Assembly: GCF_006345805.1 (NCBI RefSeq)
Contig: NW_021832160.1
Coordinates: 1 to 47,003, forward strand
Origin: Octopus sinensis
Taxonomy: Eukaryota
DNA: 47,003 bases
Direction: 5' to 3'
Part shown: positions 26,688-39,334 of the stretch, one piece after another
How the letters are laid out: each line of letters opens with the position of its first letter
Numbering within the stretch: position 1 is the first letter of the stretch
Notes under the pieces: model-generated
Database searches by the model: none
The model's input: only the letters and a program-made list of their open reading frames with translations
Told to the model about the DNA's origin: nothing
Translations under genes and position numbers: made by a program

Positions 26688-27102
26688 AGGCGCGGGAGTG
26701 GCTGTGTGGTAAGTAGCTTGCTAACCAAATACATGGTTCCGGGTTCAATCCCACTGCGTGGCATCTTTGGGCAAGTGTTTTGCTATAGCCCCGGGCCGAC
26801 CAATGTCTTGTGAGTGGATTGGTTGGACAGGAAACTGAAAGAAGCCTGTCATAATTATGTATATATATATGAATGCGTGGGGTGTTTGTGTGTGTGTGTT
26901 TGTCCCCTAGCATTGCTTGACAACCGATGCTGGTGTGTTTATGTCCCCGTCACTTAGCGGTTCGGCAAAAAGAGACCGATAGAATAAGTACTGGGCTTAC
27001 AAAAGAATAAGTCCCGGGGTCGATTTGCTTGATTAAAAGGCGGTGCTCCAGCATGGCCGCAGGCAAATGACTGAAACAAGTAAAAGAGTAAAAGAGTAAG
27101 AG
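26688..27102 (+). mobile_element. tRNA-headed SINE, family A, full length
   Basis: Head GGCGCGGGAGTGGCTGTGTGGTAAG..GGTTCAATCCC, internal (TA)/(TG) spacer, tail ending (TAAAAGAG)n. Confidence 0.88.
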
Positions 27103-27561
27103 TATATTTATATACACACACGTGTATCTGCATACAGGTATATGCGTACAAAAATGCATATATAACGTATACGGATTTTCTTTGCTCATAATGAAACCTT
27201 TTAATGGCGACGAAAATATATTTCGTGGAAGAAAGATCCTTAAGCGTTATTTTGTTTTAAATTGTCAGTATATATCGAAAATGCTGCAATTTGTGTCTTG
27301 CAGAGAAATTCTGCCCGATTAAACTCCTTGACTGGAAATTCCTAAATTAACAAAAATAATAATCCGAGCTGATTTCGACCTGCCGGCAAAAACTTGAATT
27401 TTTTCATATGAGTTTAAAAGAATACTTTTTAATTGACGATGGAACTCCTCAGGCGACTGAATGCATGAAAAACATACTGATATACTACATACATATACAA
27501 ATAATACATACATAATACATACATACATCATACATACATACATAACATATATATATATATA

Positions 27562-27592
<31 letters not shown>

Positions 27593-27621
27593 GATACACA
27601 CACGTATATATATACTAAATA

Positions 27622-27669
<48 letters not shown>

Positions 27670-27855
27670 TTAGAGACAAAACCACTATTATGCAAATCAA
27701 ACAAAGAAAGACTTAATCCAAACATAAAAATTTCATATAAATTAAATAAATTAAATTCGCCCCTACAATTGTTTTTCGTGTTCTTCTAAGGACATTCATC
27801 TGATTTTTCCTGTAAATTTGGATTTATTCCCTAATATTTATTATTATTATTATAG

Positions 27856-27892
<37 letters not shown>

Positions 27893-27975
27893 CAAAATAC
27901 ATATATATATATATAGGCTATATATATAGATTATAATATATATATATTTAATATATATAATATATATATTATATA

Positions 27976-28007
<32 letters not shown>

Positions 28008-29437
28008 ATACATAATCATGCATATATATATACGTATATATGGCATACATACATGCACACACAAACACACACACACACGCATACATACATATATATATGC
28101 ATATACATATACTGGGGCATATATACATACATATTTGTATATACGCATGCAGTCTGAAGAAGTGAAGTGAAGTAAACCGAAATTTCGAAGTCACTCTCAA
28201 CAATTACCCTGATTAAATAAATGAATATCTTGGTGCATTTTATTGTAATGAGTGACCCTCAAAGAAAGCCTTCGCTTTCGTTATATATCGTTATACATAA
28301 AACAAACATTATATACATATACACCTGCATACATATGTATACACATAAACTTATGATCATAAGCTTACAGACATGCATATATACAAACACACACACAATC
28401 ACATACGTATATGTATAATATATATATATATATATATCTATAGATTATATATTCTATAATATATATATATTATGTATAGTATATGTTGTATGTATGGTAT
28501 GTATGTATGTAGGTATGTATGTAGGTATGTATATGTATAAATATGTATGCATGAGAAAAGTCAGCTAATATTTATTCAGTTATGATGACTCACTGCATGA
28601 ATTGTCATCATTGATCGAATTGTATTGCTTCTGTGTCCTTGCGACAAAGAGATCGAAGATTATGTGTGTGTGTCTTTGTGCACGAGCGTGTGTGTATGTG
28701 TATTTGTGTGCATGTGTGTCTGTGTGCGTACGTACGAATCTCAAGTAATATTTTTTTTCTGAAGAGATAATGAGGTATCTCGATGCATTCCCCGCTAGCG
28801 TTTCAATCCAGCCATTTGCAAAAGACGACAACCACATAAAGTTAAAAAAGGAAAAGAAGAAGCAGACCTCCACAGTCTCGTTCATCCATCGATTAGAAAT
28901 TAGCGATACAACGAAAAAACAACAACAACAACAACAGAGAAGAAAGCCCTCGCAGTAAGAGTGTGGGATCTGTAGTTATATATAAGGACGACACGACCAT
29001 TTTTAACTCTGCCTGATCGTGACATCGGTCTTGTTCGTTAAAAGAAATATATTAAAAAAAAAGCTTACACTTCACTCAGGTGCATGTGTAAATATATATC
29101 ATATGTGTGTGTATATATATATATATGCATTTAATGCATAATGTATAATGTAATGAACATTCACATATATGTAAGTATATAACCAACAAGACCGGTGCCA
29201 CGATCAGACAGAGTGTATTATAATATATATCATAGCAATACATATATACATATACATGTAAATATTATTATATATAGATATATATTATGATGCATACACA
29301 CAAACACATACACACATATATGCATCGTGTGTGTGTGTGTATTTATATATAATAGATAGATAGATATATACGACGTATGTATATATGTATGTATAACAAT
29401 ATATATATATATATCTATATTATATAATATTATGTAT

Positions 29438-29475
<38 letters not shown>

Positions 29476-29476
29476 A

Positions 29477-29511
<35 letters not shown>

Positions 29512-30037
29512 CTATGTTTGTTGACTGAGTGTCTTAAAAGTTTGCCAGCCTGAATCCCATAAAATCAAGTTTGGGCTAATATATATTTAACTGACAGCGA
29601 CCACAGCATTACATCTTTTATCGAACATCTAAAATCTATTTCGCATTGATTGCCGAAACCGCAATAGCATTTTGTCTTACATATTATATTTAAGATGAAT
29701 TAATCAAAATGGCATGACTGTGCGTCTACATGTATCTTATGGGTGATACATTATATTTTATGCATGCATGTAGTAATACTTCCACATGTTACATAAACGA
29801 GGAGAAAATTTTCACTGGAAGATGGTCTGCGTTGACAACAAAGTTGTGTGACACAAGGAGGATGTGGTTTCTTATGTTTCAAGCAAAGGCTCTGATAAAA
29901 GGAACGTATAAAGTTTATTGAATCTCGCTCTTTTTTCTGATGCAGGCGGAAAAACTAATTTCTTTCGAGTAAACGAAATAAATATGAGGAGCAGCCACAA
30001 AGATTCTTCGCTTATATATGAATTTCAATGTTCTCAC

Positions 30038-30176
30038 CTGTAGAGTGTCATCTGTCCCATTGGTATATTGTACGGATTATAGTTTTCGTGGTGATGTTCT
30101 TTCTTTCCATGAACTTGCAAACACTCTTCAGTGATAGCATGTTCATACGCATCGTCATCCATGCCATAGTATTTAC
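30038..30176 (-). CDS. FAM234-like protein exon (S-KYYGMDDDAYEHAITEECLQVHGKKEHHHENYNPYNIPMGQMTLY)
   Basis: ttccacag acceptor (phase 1), AG|GTGAG donor (phase 2); 139 nt. Confidence 0.88.
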
Positions 30177-30232
30177 CTGTGGAAATTGGGTGACAAACGA
30201 ATAAATACATAAATAACCACAAACAATTAATT

Positions 30233-30365
30233 AAAGCAGACGATGCCTTGTCGTCCGACATTAAAGCAGGCGATACCTGGTCGTCCGAGATTTTTAGCAG
30301 ACGATACGTGGTCGGCTAACATCAAAGCAGACGATACTGGATCGGTCAACATTTAAACAGACATC
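30233..30365. repeat. Minisatellite, 30-31-bp unit, about 4.4 copies
   Basis: AAAGCAGACGAT(A/G)CC..GTCGTCCGACATT units start at 30233, 30263, 30294, 30324 and 30355. Confidence 0.85.
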
Positions 30366-31499
30366 TTGCGTATCAAGTTTAAAACTATTCATTAATCAAA
30401 ACAGAATTAACAACCAACAAATCAAGGATTAACTATTTTGTTAACTAAATACATCAGTAGACTTCCGGTTGACTTTCCAATTTCAAATGGACAAATACCT
30501 CCTTGTTACAGAGATCAGGTCACTGATATTTTCTCAGCTTCAAGAAAAGTCATTCTTTATTGTTGTTTCTTGGAACCTAATATAAACTACACTATTTTTA
30601 TATCTGCATTGTGGTTTTTTTGATATTTATTCAGCTGTTAAATCACTTAACAGTTTTATTTGTCCGCTTGTGTCTGCAGTGAGTAGTAAAACCGTTTTAT
30701 TTGTATTTTTAAGCGTAAAAATAAAACACCGCAGAGTCCGAGGAGAGAGGTGGAGAATGCGTCGGTAAAAATTATACAGTGAATATCATGAGTCTGGAAA
30801 ATTTCGTATGGAGAGAGGAAAAAGAGGAAATGTGACGTTTAGAGGTTAACGTTTTTTCCGAGAGAAGAGTTTTGTTGATATATTTAAACCGTATCTAATA
30901 CAAATAATTCAATTTTGTCTCTGAATCAAAACTTTTAATTTTAAGTACCTCAACGTAATTAATTTCCATGAGGAAATAGACAGAAAATCGCCGAGAATAT
31001 CAGAGGAAAATGTCTGGGAAATAAGGGTTGAGTGAGCAGTTTAGTGTAAGGTTTGTGGTGAGATGGACTGAATTAGAAAAGAAGAGCTAACAAACAAACA
31101 AGGGCCATGGTTGGGGATACGACACAGTGAGTTAGACAAGAGGAAAGGCTATAGAGCAGTGGATAAGTAGGAATATAATTTGAAGTGGGGCATAATGAGT
31201 AAACGGAGATTTAGCCTGGAAGGTATCATAGATTAAACTCCGCTAAAGATACTCAAGACACCAGGTTAAGGCGTTAAACCGGACAAAAGGACAGTAGATT
31301 AAGTCGTTCCTCCAAGTAAGGCATCCAGTCTTGTATATTTTAGGCTACATTATCCAACGTGTCCTTACTTTGTCGAGACGGTTAGGCTGGAACTGAGACA
31401 TTTCGCTTGCTATTTCTAGCAGATTGATCATCCATGCAGAAGATCCTCGAAAAACCCCACTGTCCGAGATTTCCTTGAAACCCCAAGCGCAACTGCCCT

Positions 31500-31800
31500 C
31501 TCCAATTCCTTCTCTCTGACTACACTTAGAGAGGTAGCATCCCCTCTTACCATTTTTGCAACTTTCACTCATCTTTCAATAAACTCACTCAAGGACACCA
31601 CTTTCCTCTCCACTCTCAATTTCCGTTTCAAGTGAAACTTGAAGAAGTCAATGAGAGTTCTACCAAAGAGGAATGTGTCTGTCCTCATACCTTTCGGCCT
31701 TGTCCACCAAACAACCTCTTTCTCCACAGCCACCAGGCAAAGGAAAACTGCCTTGCCTGCCCGATTGAAAGAGGGCGGCGGCTGCAATCTTCACTACAGA
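31500..31800 (-). mobile_element. 3' ORF2 fragment of a Tx1/L1-clade LINE
   Basis: AVFLCLVAVEKEVVWWTRPKG..LIDFFKFHLKRKLRVERKVVSLSEFIER*VKVAKMV resembles the C-terminus of Tx1-type ORF2 (AKxxIWxxR..F..RW) from recall; contains a stop. Confidence 0.5.
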
Positions 31801-32419
31801 CTCGGCCGAATAATAATAGGCTATGGCAAATGAAGAAGTTCCAATTATTGTTGGGTTCTTAGGAACAGTATCAGAAGGTATCAAGAAGAATATAAAGGAA
31901 ATTGGAATAGAGTGCTCAGTAGAATTGTTACGAAAGGTTTGCCTCCTTGACACGGCCAGGATAATTCAGAAAATATTGGATAGCTGAAAAGACCGATAGC
32001 ATGGTACCGTAGGCTGTAGGGAGCAAGACCGCTACGCATGCAAGACTCAAAGAGCTGCAACAAAACTTGTGATAAAAATATAATACTACTACTAACAATA
32101 ATAGCTTCAAAGTTTGGCTCAAGGCCAGCAATATTATGGATGGGTGTTAGTCGTTTAGAGTGACCCCATAATTCAACTGGCACCTATTTCTACTCAAAAC
32201 GTAAAAAGCCGGAACAAATGCCACAAGGCATCTTGTCCGGCGTCCTAATGATTCGGCCAATTTACTCCCCTGAATAATAGTTTTTTTCTAATATAAGCAC
32301 TGGCAAGAACTTTGAGGGTGGAAACAGATCGATATCAACGATTAGCACTGTATTTTATCGATTATATGGAGATCAAAGGTAAAGTTGACTTCTGAACTTA
32401 GAATGAAAAGTACCGGACT

Positions 32420-32835
32420 AAATACATATTTCTTTACTACCAACAAGGGGCCAAACACAGAGAGGACAAACAAGGACAGACAAACGGATTAGTCGATTAT
32501 ATCGACCCCAGTGCGTAACTGGTACTTATTAATCGACCCCGAAAGGATGAAAGGCAAGTCACCTCGGCGGAATTGAACTCAGAACGTAACGGCAGACGAA
32601 ATACATATATATTTTTATTACCCACAAGGGACTAAACACAGAGGGACAAACAAGGACAGACTAGGATTAAGTCGATTACATCGACCCCCGTGCGTAACTG
32701 GTACTTAATTTATCGACCCCCGAAAGATGAGAGGCAAAGTCGACCTCGGCGGAATTTGAACTCACAACGTAACGGCAGACGAAATACAGCTACGCATTTC
32801 GCCCGGCGTGCGAACGATTCTGCCAGCTCGCCGCA
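32420..32835 (-). mobile_element. SINE family D with an internal tandem duplication of about 180 bp
   Basis: Two direct copies at 32420-32598 and 32599-32787 followed by a tRNA-like head end; degraded relatives near 6240-6370, 6590-6690 and 6765-6852. Confidence 0.75.
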
Positions 32836-32931
32836 AGGCATTTTATCAGATGCTATGACTATTCTACCAATCCAGGAACCTTAATCAATAGCGAAAAATT
32901 AATTAAAAAAACGTCTTTTTCTTTTACTTAC

Positions 32932-34138
32932 TCGTCTGATCAAAGCGTATGCTTTGGTCATCCATTCTCTGTTGTATACACTTTTTGTCTTGTGGTAAAA
33001 TAATTCTCGTTTCTGCTGGGTAAAACCAATAGGTAGCAAATACAATATCGATGGAATGGTTGAAGTCTGGGTGGTTTGGAGGTAAATTAGACGGAACCAA
33101 AGAACCAGTTGATATGAGTCTCATCAGACCTTTCGTATCATGTGGACCAATATGGCGCCGATTTCGTTTTAAAGAAAACAATTTTTTCAAATTTTCTACA
33201 ATTTTACTTTCTGAGTATTTCTCATTTTGCTTCTTTGAACGAGTTTCTCTGGTGATTCTTTGTTTTTCTCGCAGTGTGCTTTCTTGTTGGGAAGCATTTT
33301 GTTCATTCGTATGAATGTCTTTTACTTGTTTAGCGATTGCTCTTTTACGCCTCATAATTAAATTAGACAGTTCTTGTAACGTATGTTTGCCACTAACGTT
33401 GTTTTCAGCTGCTGAAGGACGGATATTTTTCTGCGAGCGCTTCCTTGCGCCATCTGGTGTAATGTCAGATCGAGTGATTCTTTTTGGTTGTCTTTCAATT
33501 CGTTTTTGTCGCATTCTGCCGTAATTGTATCGATCTGTATCACTGTATTGGTTTCTATAATTTCTGTAACGATTTATGTTCGAATTTTGTCGCAGTTCAC
33601 CTTGACGGATTCCAGTATCGTCTTGACCATTTTGAGAGTTTTGCTGGTATGGATATAAAGAATAATCTTGTGAGTCCTGAGAATAGTCCCTCGAAGAATC
33701 TAACCCCGTATAGCTGGCTCCAGCACCAGCACCAGCGCCAACACTAACACCACCACCTCCACCACCACCATCATCACCACCACCACCACCATCAGCAGTG
33801 TCGTAAAAGTCACCATATTGTGAAGAATCGACATTGATACGGTCGCCATTGCCACCATTAGCATCGTTGATAATTCTTCGATTATTGGTGGGCCTAGAGT
33901 TGCTACTCATTCTGGTATCGATCCCGCGACCCAAGAAATAACCTCGGTCTCCTCCCAGGGCCCGAGCTGCATCAATGTTTTTATAGTTGTTATAATATCG
34001 ACTTCCTTTTTGCTTCGACGACTTCCGTTGGTTATCGACGTGACCCTTTTTCGGGGAAGACCCACTCTCACCGCTCTTACCGTGTTGCTTCCTGGCCGAT
34101 TCTTTACTGATTGGTCCATATTCGTTGATGATTCTCTG
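32932..34138 (-). CDS. FAM234-like protein, 1207-nt exon: long low-complexity Gly/Asn/Arg/Gln region then a globular-looking segment (GLMRLISTGSLVPSNLPPNHPDFNHSIDIVFATYWFYP)
   Basis: 402-codon open frame (ORF 32924-34144), ttgcag acceptor in phase 0, A|GTAAGT donor in phase 1. Confidence 0.9.
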
Positions 34139-34273
34139 CTGCAAGAGTCAAAGACATTAAAATTGATGAGTCATGCAGAATCCGCCAAATATAAAAACAA
34201 ATTTATTAAATAATAGAGCAAATCTCTCAAATATTCCATCATTTTTATTATCTTTTTGTTAATTATTTATTTT

Positions 34274-34547
34274 CTTGTTTCAGCCACTAGATTTTGCTGC
34301 GGCACCGCCCCGAAAGCTTTTACTTGAACGTGTCAATCCAAGAACTAAGTCTTTTTTTCTTTTTAAAGTCTGGTACTACTTTATACTATCGGCCTCTTAT
34401 GCTGAACCGCTAATTTATGGGAACGCAAACAAACCTACACCGGTTGTCAAGTGACAAACAAACACACACACACAGAGGTATACAGAGTGTCCTCAAATTA
34501 TCTTCTCATGTTCAAAGGTAGAAGTTGTAATCGTATACATTTATACC

Positions 34548-34624
<77 letters not shown>

Positions 34625-34892
34625 CATACATATATATATACATACATACACATACATACATACACATACATACATACATACATACACACACACATACATA
34701 CATACATACATACACACATACATACATACATACACACAGACACACTAATACACACACGCATATATATATATATATCGAGCTTCTTTCTGTTTCCGCCTAC
34801 CAAATCCTCTCTCAAGTCTTTGGTCGGCTTGGGCTTTAGTAGAAGACTTTTGACCAAGGTACCACATGGTGTGGCTGAAACCGGAACCATGT
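34274..34892 (-). mobile_element. tRNA-headed SINE, family A, diverged, with expanded internal microsatellite
   Basis: Tail at 34274-34470 and head fragment at 34775-34892 match the other copies. Confidence 0.7.
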
Positions 34893-35299
34893 ATGATATA
34901 TATATCGTATATCGTATATTGACAAATACTACACTAGATTTACCACAATGTTATATAATACACCAGATATCACATACTGGTAAGTTAAAAATAATAGATC
35001 AGACACGTCACATATTGTTATATAATAAACAAATTAGTTGATATATATAGCAGAAGATATTTTTGCATAAGATTACGTAATACACCAGACATTCGACTCG
35101 CTGTTACATAACACAACAGAATCTTCGTATGAAGTTATGTAATACAGATTATGTAGACTATAACAGAATGGGTGCAGACATGGCTCTGTGGATAAGAAGT
35201 TCATTTTCCAACAACGTAGTTTTGGGTTCAATCCTACTGTGCGGCACCGTGGAAAAGTGCTTTTTGCTTCTGGTCGACCTGTTTGGCAGATCAAGAATA

Positions 35300-35550
35300 A
35301 AGAGAGACTTCGGTATGTTGGTCTGGCCCTTATGACGGAAATCTTTATCGATAGAAAGTTATGTCGGTTGGGCCACAGCAGACTCCCTAAACAAATCCTT
35401 TACTCCCGACGATGCGAAAGGAAAAATAAGCCACGGAAGACCTAGACTGAGATTCGAAGGTCCTGCAAAAAGGAATCGATTACCATAATAAATGGCAAGC
35501 CCAATGAAAAGCCAACCAGTATGGAAAAAGCTTATCAAGTCAGGCCGAAG
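35300..35550 (+). mobile_element. RTE-clade LINE 3' fragment
   Basis: RLRYVG..LGHSRLPKQILYS and frameshifted HGRPRLRFEG match the RTE motif RLRWxGHxxRM..RLPKQILY..GRPRLRFKD. Confidence 0.7.
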
Positions 35551-35741
35551 CAATGACTGCTCGTAAGTTCACGTGTCATGTGACATAGTGGAGACATGGA
35601 TCAGGTTAAGAAGTTTCTTTTCCAACAACGTAGCTTACTGTGCGGCACCGTGATGTGTCTTCTGCATGTGAGCGACCAATGCTTGAGTTGATCCAAGGTT
35701 ACGATAAAACACACTTATCTACGGTACTGCCACAACGAAAT

Positions 35742-35778
<37 letters not shown>

Positions 35779-35799
35779 TATATATATATCTTATATTAA

Positions 35800-36040
35800 T
35801 TAAATTAGAGATAAAACCACTATTAGGCAAATCAAACAATGAAAAACTTAAGCCAATACATAAAATTAATTAATTTATATTATTTTAAATATATATCAAA
35901 TGTATTAAAAGTTTAATAAAAGATAATGAGTAAAACACTACGATCGTTTCATGGCTGTCCAATTCGTAATAATTCGAGTTATGGTTACAGTCAATCTTCA
36001 GGTAATTGAAATATCTATCTTAGCGAGGTTTAGCAGTATA
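35800..36040 (-). mobile_element. Penelope-like repeat end, adjacent to (TA)n
   Basis: AATTAGAGA(T/C)AAAACCACTATTA..CAAATCAAACA shared with 27665-27730; carries a hammerhead-like motif, as Penelope-like element termini do. Confidence 0.5.
35936..36004 (-). ncRNA. Minimal type-I hammerhead ribozyme-like motif
   Basis: On the - strand: TAC-CTGAAGA-TTGACTGT..ACAGCCAT-GAAAC-GATC-GTA-GTG. All core nucleotides present, palindromic GATC in stem III, 3-bp stem I; stem II imperfect. Confidence 0.55.
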
Positions 36041-36367
36041 TATATATATGTATACACACATTAACACACACACACTCACACATATCTTGGCTGGATAGGC
36101 AGACCGGGTGTACGTAGCTATGTGTGAATATACCACCATGTCACACTTAAACCCTTTTTATCCCACGAACTATTCTGTTACCTCACTTCTTTTCTATGCT
36201 AATATTTTAATTAGTCATCCCTAAATTAAACTGTATCAAGTTTCCCTTAGTCATTTTCATCTCCCTTAAACGTCAAGTACAAGATAACGATCTTGGATCG
36301 ATTCGAACGTAGAACTGCGAAGTTTGCACAATGCAGTATTAACGCTGTGCCCCACAAACTAACCTAC

Positions 36368-36531
36368 CTTTTCGGCCACTTTCATCTGATCTTCTTCCCC
36401 AAAGTTCACAGGGACGGTGAGTGAAAGATAGTAGAGATAGTCGTCCAGATACTCTGGGGAGCTGCTGATGAACTTCACAACTTCCTCCGTCGTGTTTACC
36501 CACGCTTTGTGTTCGTCTTTGCTTCGTTCTT
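36368..36531 (-). CDS. FAM234-like protein exon (E-ERSKDEHKAWVNTTEEVVKFISSSPEYLDDYLYYLSLTVPVNFGEEDQMKVAEK)
   Basis: Pyrimidine tract plus aacag acceptor (phase 1), AAG|GTAGGT donor (phase 0); 164 nt. Confidence 0.85.
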
Positions 36532-36752
36532 CTGTTAACAAAAGATCAACAAACGAAAGTACATCAAAGTAAGTAAAACCTGTTATTTATCCGAATGGTA
36601 CTGACAGGGACTTCGAAGTTTCGACCAGCTAAGTCATCGCAGTCCGACGTTAGCTGAGCTGGCCGGAACCTCGAAGTCCCTGTTAATACTGTTTTCGCTT
36701 AAGAATAATCAATTTGTACTCAACTTAGTATGGTGAGGTTAAAGGCAGAGAT

Positions 36753-36789
<37 letters not shown>

Positions 36790-37639
36790 GAGAGAGCATG
36801 TGTGTTTGTCCGAGAGAGAGATGGGTAGAGAGATAATGATGGTAGTGGTGGTGGTGGTGGTTATGGTGGTGGTGGTGGTTATGGTGGTGGTGGTGGTTAT
36901 GGTGGTGGTGGTGGTGGCGATGGTGAGTAAATAAGTGAAGGGTGTATTTTTTTAACTGAGCTAATATTTTTTTATATCACATACCACTTAACGCATGCGC
37001 ATAAGTGCAATTCCGTGAAATATTCACGCTTATTTACGAGGCAGATATATGTAATTTAATTAAAGGTTGTATCTTATGTACGACAATACATTTTTTTCTT
37101 TGTTTATGGGCAAAATGGAAAAAGAGGACTGAATATTTATTTTATGAGCGCTGTGTATTAAATCTATAAAAATTGTGCATAACGTATATATAAAGTGTAT
37201 ATATAAAGTGCTTTAACTGGTCATCATATTCCAATTTCTTTCAGTTATCAGAGTAGAAGATCAGCGACTCTCTTTCCATACAGACACAACACGGGTCACG
37301 CTTTCAGGATTTTGGATAAAGTTTTCAGAAATAACCCAGAGGGATTACCATTAATTTCATGAATATTTATGGATCCCATAAGTATTTATATATACTTTAG
37401 TCTTTCATACGATAAATTTTTATAAGTTGCTGATTTTTAAATATTTTATGTATTTGTTAAGAGAAAATAAGGGATTTTCCATGCGCATTGAAGGTCCCCC
37501 GAGACGTGGGGGAGACGAAAAGAGAGGGTTCTTTACATCACGTGATATCTGAATGTCATAGAATGGTTTATCATTCACGCGCGCGCGCGGACGTGTGTGT
37601 AGCTAACTCGCTAGGTGGATAGGTGAGTGTAGATATCTA

Positions 37640-37860
37640 TCTTTTACTTGTTTCGGGTATTCGGCTCCGGCCATGCTGTGGCATTACCTCGAAGAATTTT
37701 AGTCGACCGAATCGATCCCAGGACTTATTTAAAACTTTTTTTAAAAACCCTGGTACTTATCTATCGATCCCTTTTGCTAAGTTACAGGAACATAAACAAA
37801 CCAACAACGGTTGTCAAGAGGTGGTGCGAGACAAACACAGACACAAAGACACACACATAT
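37640..37860 (-). mobile_element. SINE family A tail
   Basis: CTTTTACTTGTTTC..GGCCATGCTG..TCGATCCCAGGACTTA matches the tails of the other copies. Confidence 0.7.
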
Positions 37861-37913
37861 GTATCTTTCAGCTTTCGCCCGCAAAATATATATATATATG
37901 TGTGTGTGTGTGT

Positions 37914-38135
37914 GGAGGCGCAATGGCCCAGTAGTTAGGGCAGCGGAGTCGCGGTCGTAGGATCGCGGTTTCGATTCCTAAACCGGGCGTTGGGAGTGTT
38001 TATTGAGCGAAAACACCTAAAGCTGCGCGAGGCCCCGACAGAGGGTGGTGGCGATCCCTGTTGTACTATTTCGCTACAACTTTCTCTCACTCTTTCTTTT
38101 GTTGGCCTGCTCGCTTAGCCAGCGGGGTGACCTCA
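37914..38135 (+). mobile_element. tRNA-headed SINE, family C
   Basis: GGAGGCGCAATGGCCCAGTAGTTAGGGCAGCGG..GGTTTCGATTCC head; body similar to the reverse complement of 45811-46104. Confidence 0.75.
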
Positions 38136-38432
38136 TACATATATATGCATACGTGACGAGTATAGAGCGGTAATAAGAAACTGAGATGACAAAGGAAAAA
38201 AAATGATTATCTTAAGTACTTCATTAGCTTACAGCTGTTTCTGGTGTAAGATCCAGTGGATTTATAGTTGATTGCCTGAAGCTATAAGGTGTTATTCAGG
38301 CACTCAATTATGAGTCAACATCTTCCGATAGCAGAAACAGACGTAAGGTATTGAAGCTCATGACATAACCGTTTTTTACCTGCGTCATCTCATTTTTCTT
38401 ATACATATGTGTGTGTTGTGCCTGTGTATACA

Positions 38433-38500
<68 letters not shown>

Positions 38501-38531
38501 TATATATATATTATTATATATAATATATATA

Positions 38532-38562
<31 letters not shown>

Positions 38563-38700
38563 CACTCATACATATATATGTATATATATATATATACATA
38601 CCTACACACACAGAGATACATACATATATACACACCATTACGCACACATACATACCCACAATCAAGCATAGTATAATTGTAGCGATTATTATTATTATTA

Positions 38701-38760
<60 letters not shown>

Positions 38761-38761
38761 C

Positions 38762-39316
38762 ATTGAGTGAGAGAGCAGTGCATGCCATCAAAGTGACACT
38801 GGGGTAAAATATACGAAGCCCAGTATACCTATCATGACTACTCGTCTCATAAGGGTACACCAGGCATATGCATCACAACCATATGTGCGCGACATGGTGA
38901 TCTCATATCAAGATAAACAGCACATGACCTTGCGGGAGGGGCCCAGTTAGAATTTACGTTGAGTAGCCCATCCCGCTCAAAAGGTCCATGATTAAGGATT
39001 GTTTAATGATGTTGAACGAAACACCCATGTTTCCAAAGGTGAATTATTCAAACCCCTAAGAATCCCTCTCAACACATGGCTATGATGCTCCCCCACTACT
39101 TCTGCTCGTGATCAGAGATGCACATATCGTCAGCCACTAAGGGACATGCTCAACTGGTTAAGGTCAAAGGACTGACAAGCAAATCTGTGGTATTGAGCAG
39201 AATATTTGCTGTAGCCCATCTTTTATACCAAGACAAAACAATGTACATGATAACACTTCCAATCAGTTAAGATCAGAATCCATGAGAGCCACTGCCTGGT
39301 ACTGCATCAGGGCATT
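38762..39316 (-). mobile_element. About 555-bp interspersed repeat, copy 2, embedded in (TAA)n
   Basis: Inverted copy of 2272-2831 with (ATT)n runs on both sides. Confidence 0.85.
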
Positions 39317-39334
39317 TATTATTATTATTATTAC

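Noticed and set aside
30233-30365. CRISPR-like look of the 30-bp palindromic units
   Set aside because: Units are contiguous with no unique spacers, there are no cas genes, and the context is a eukaryotic intron.
33051-33747. + strand ORFs overlapping the large exon
   Set aside because: Antisense shadows of the real - strand coding exon.
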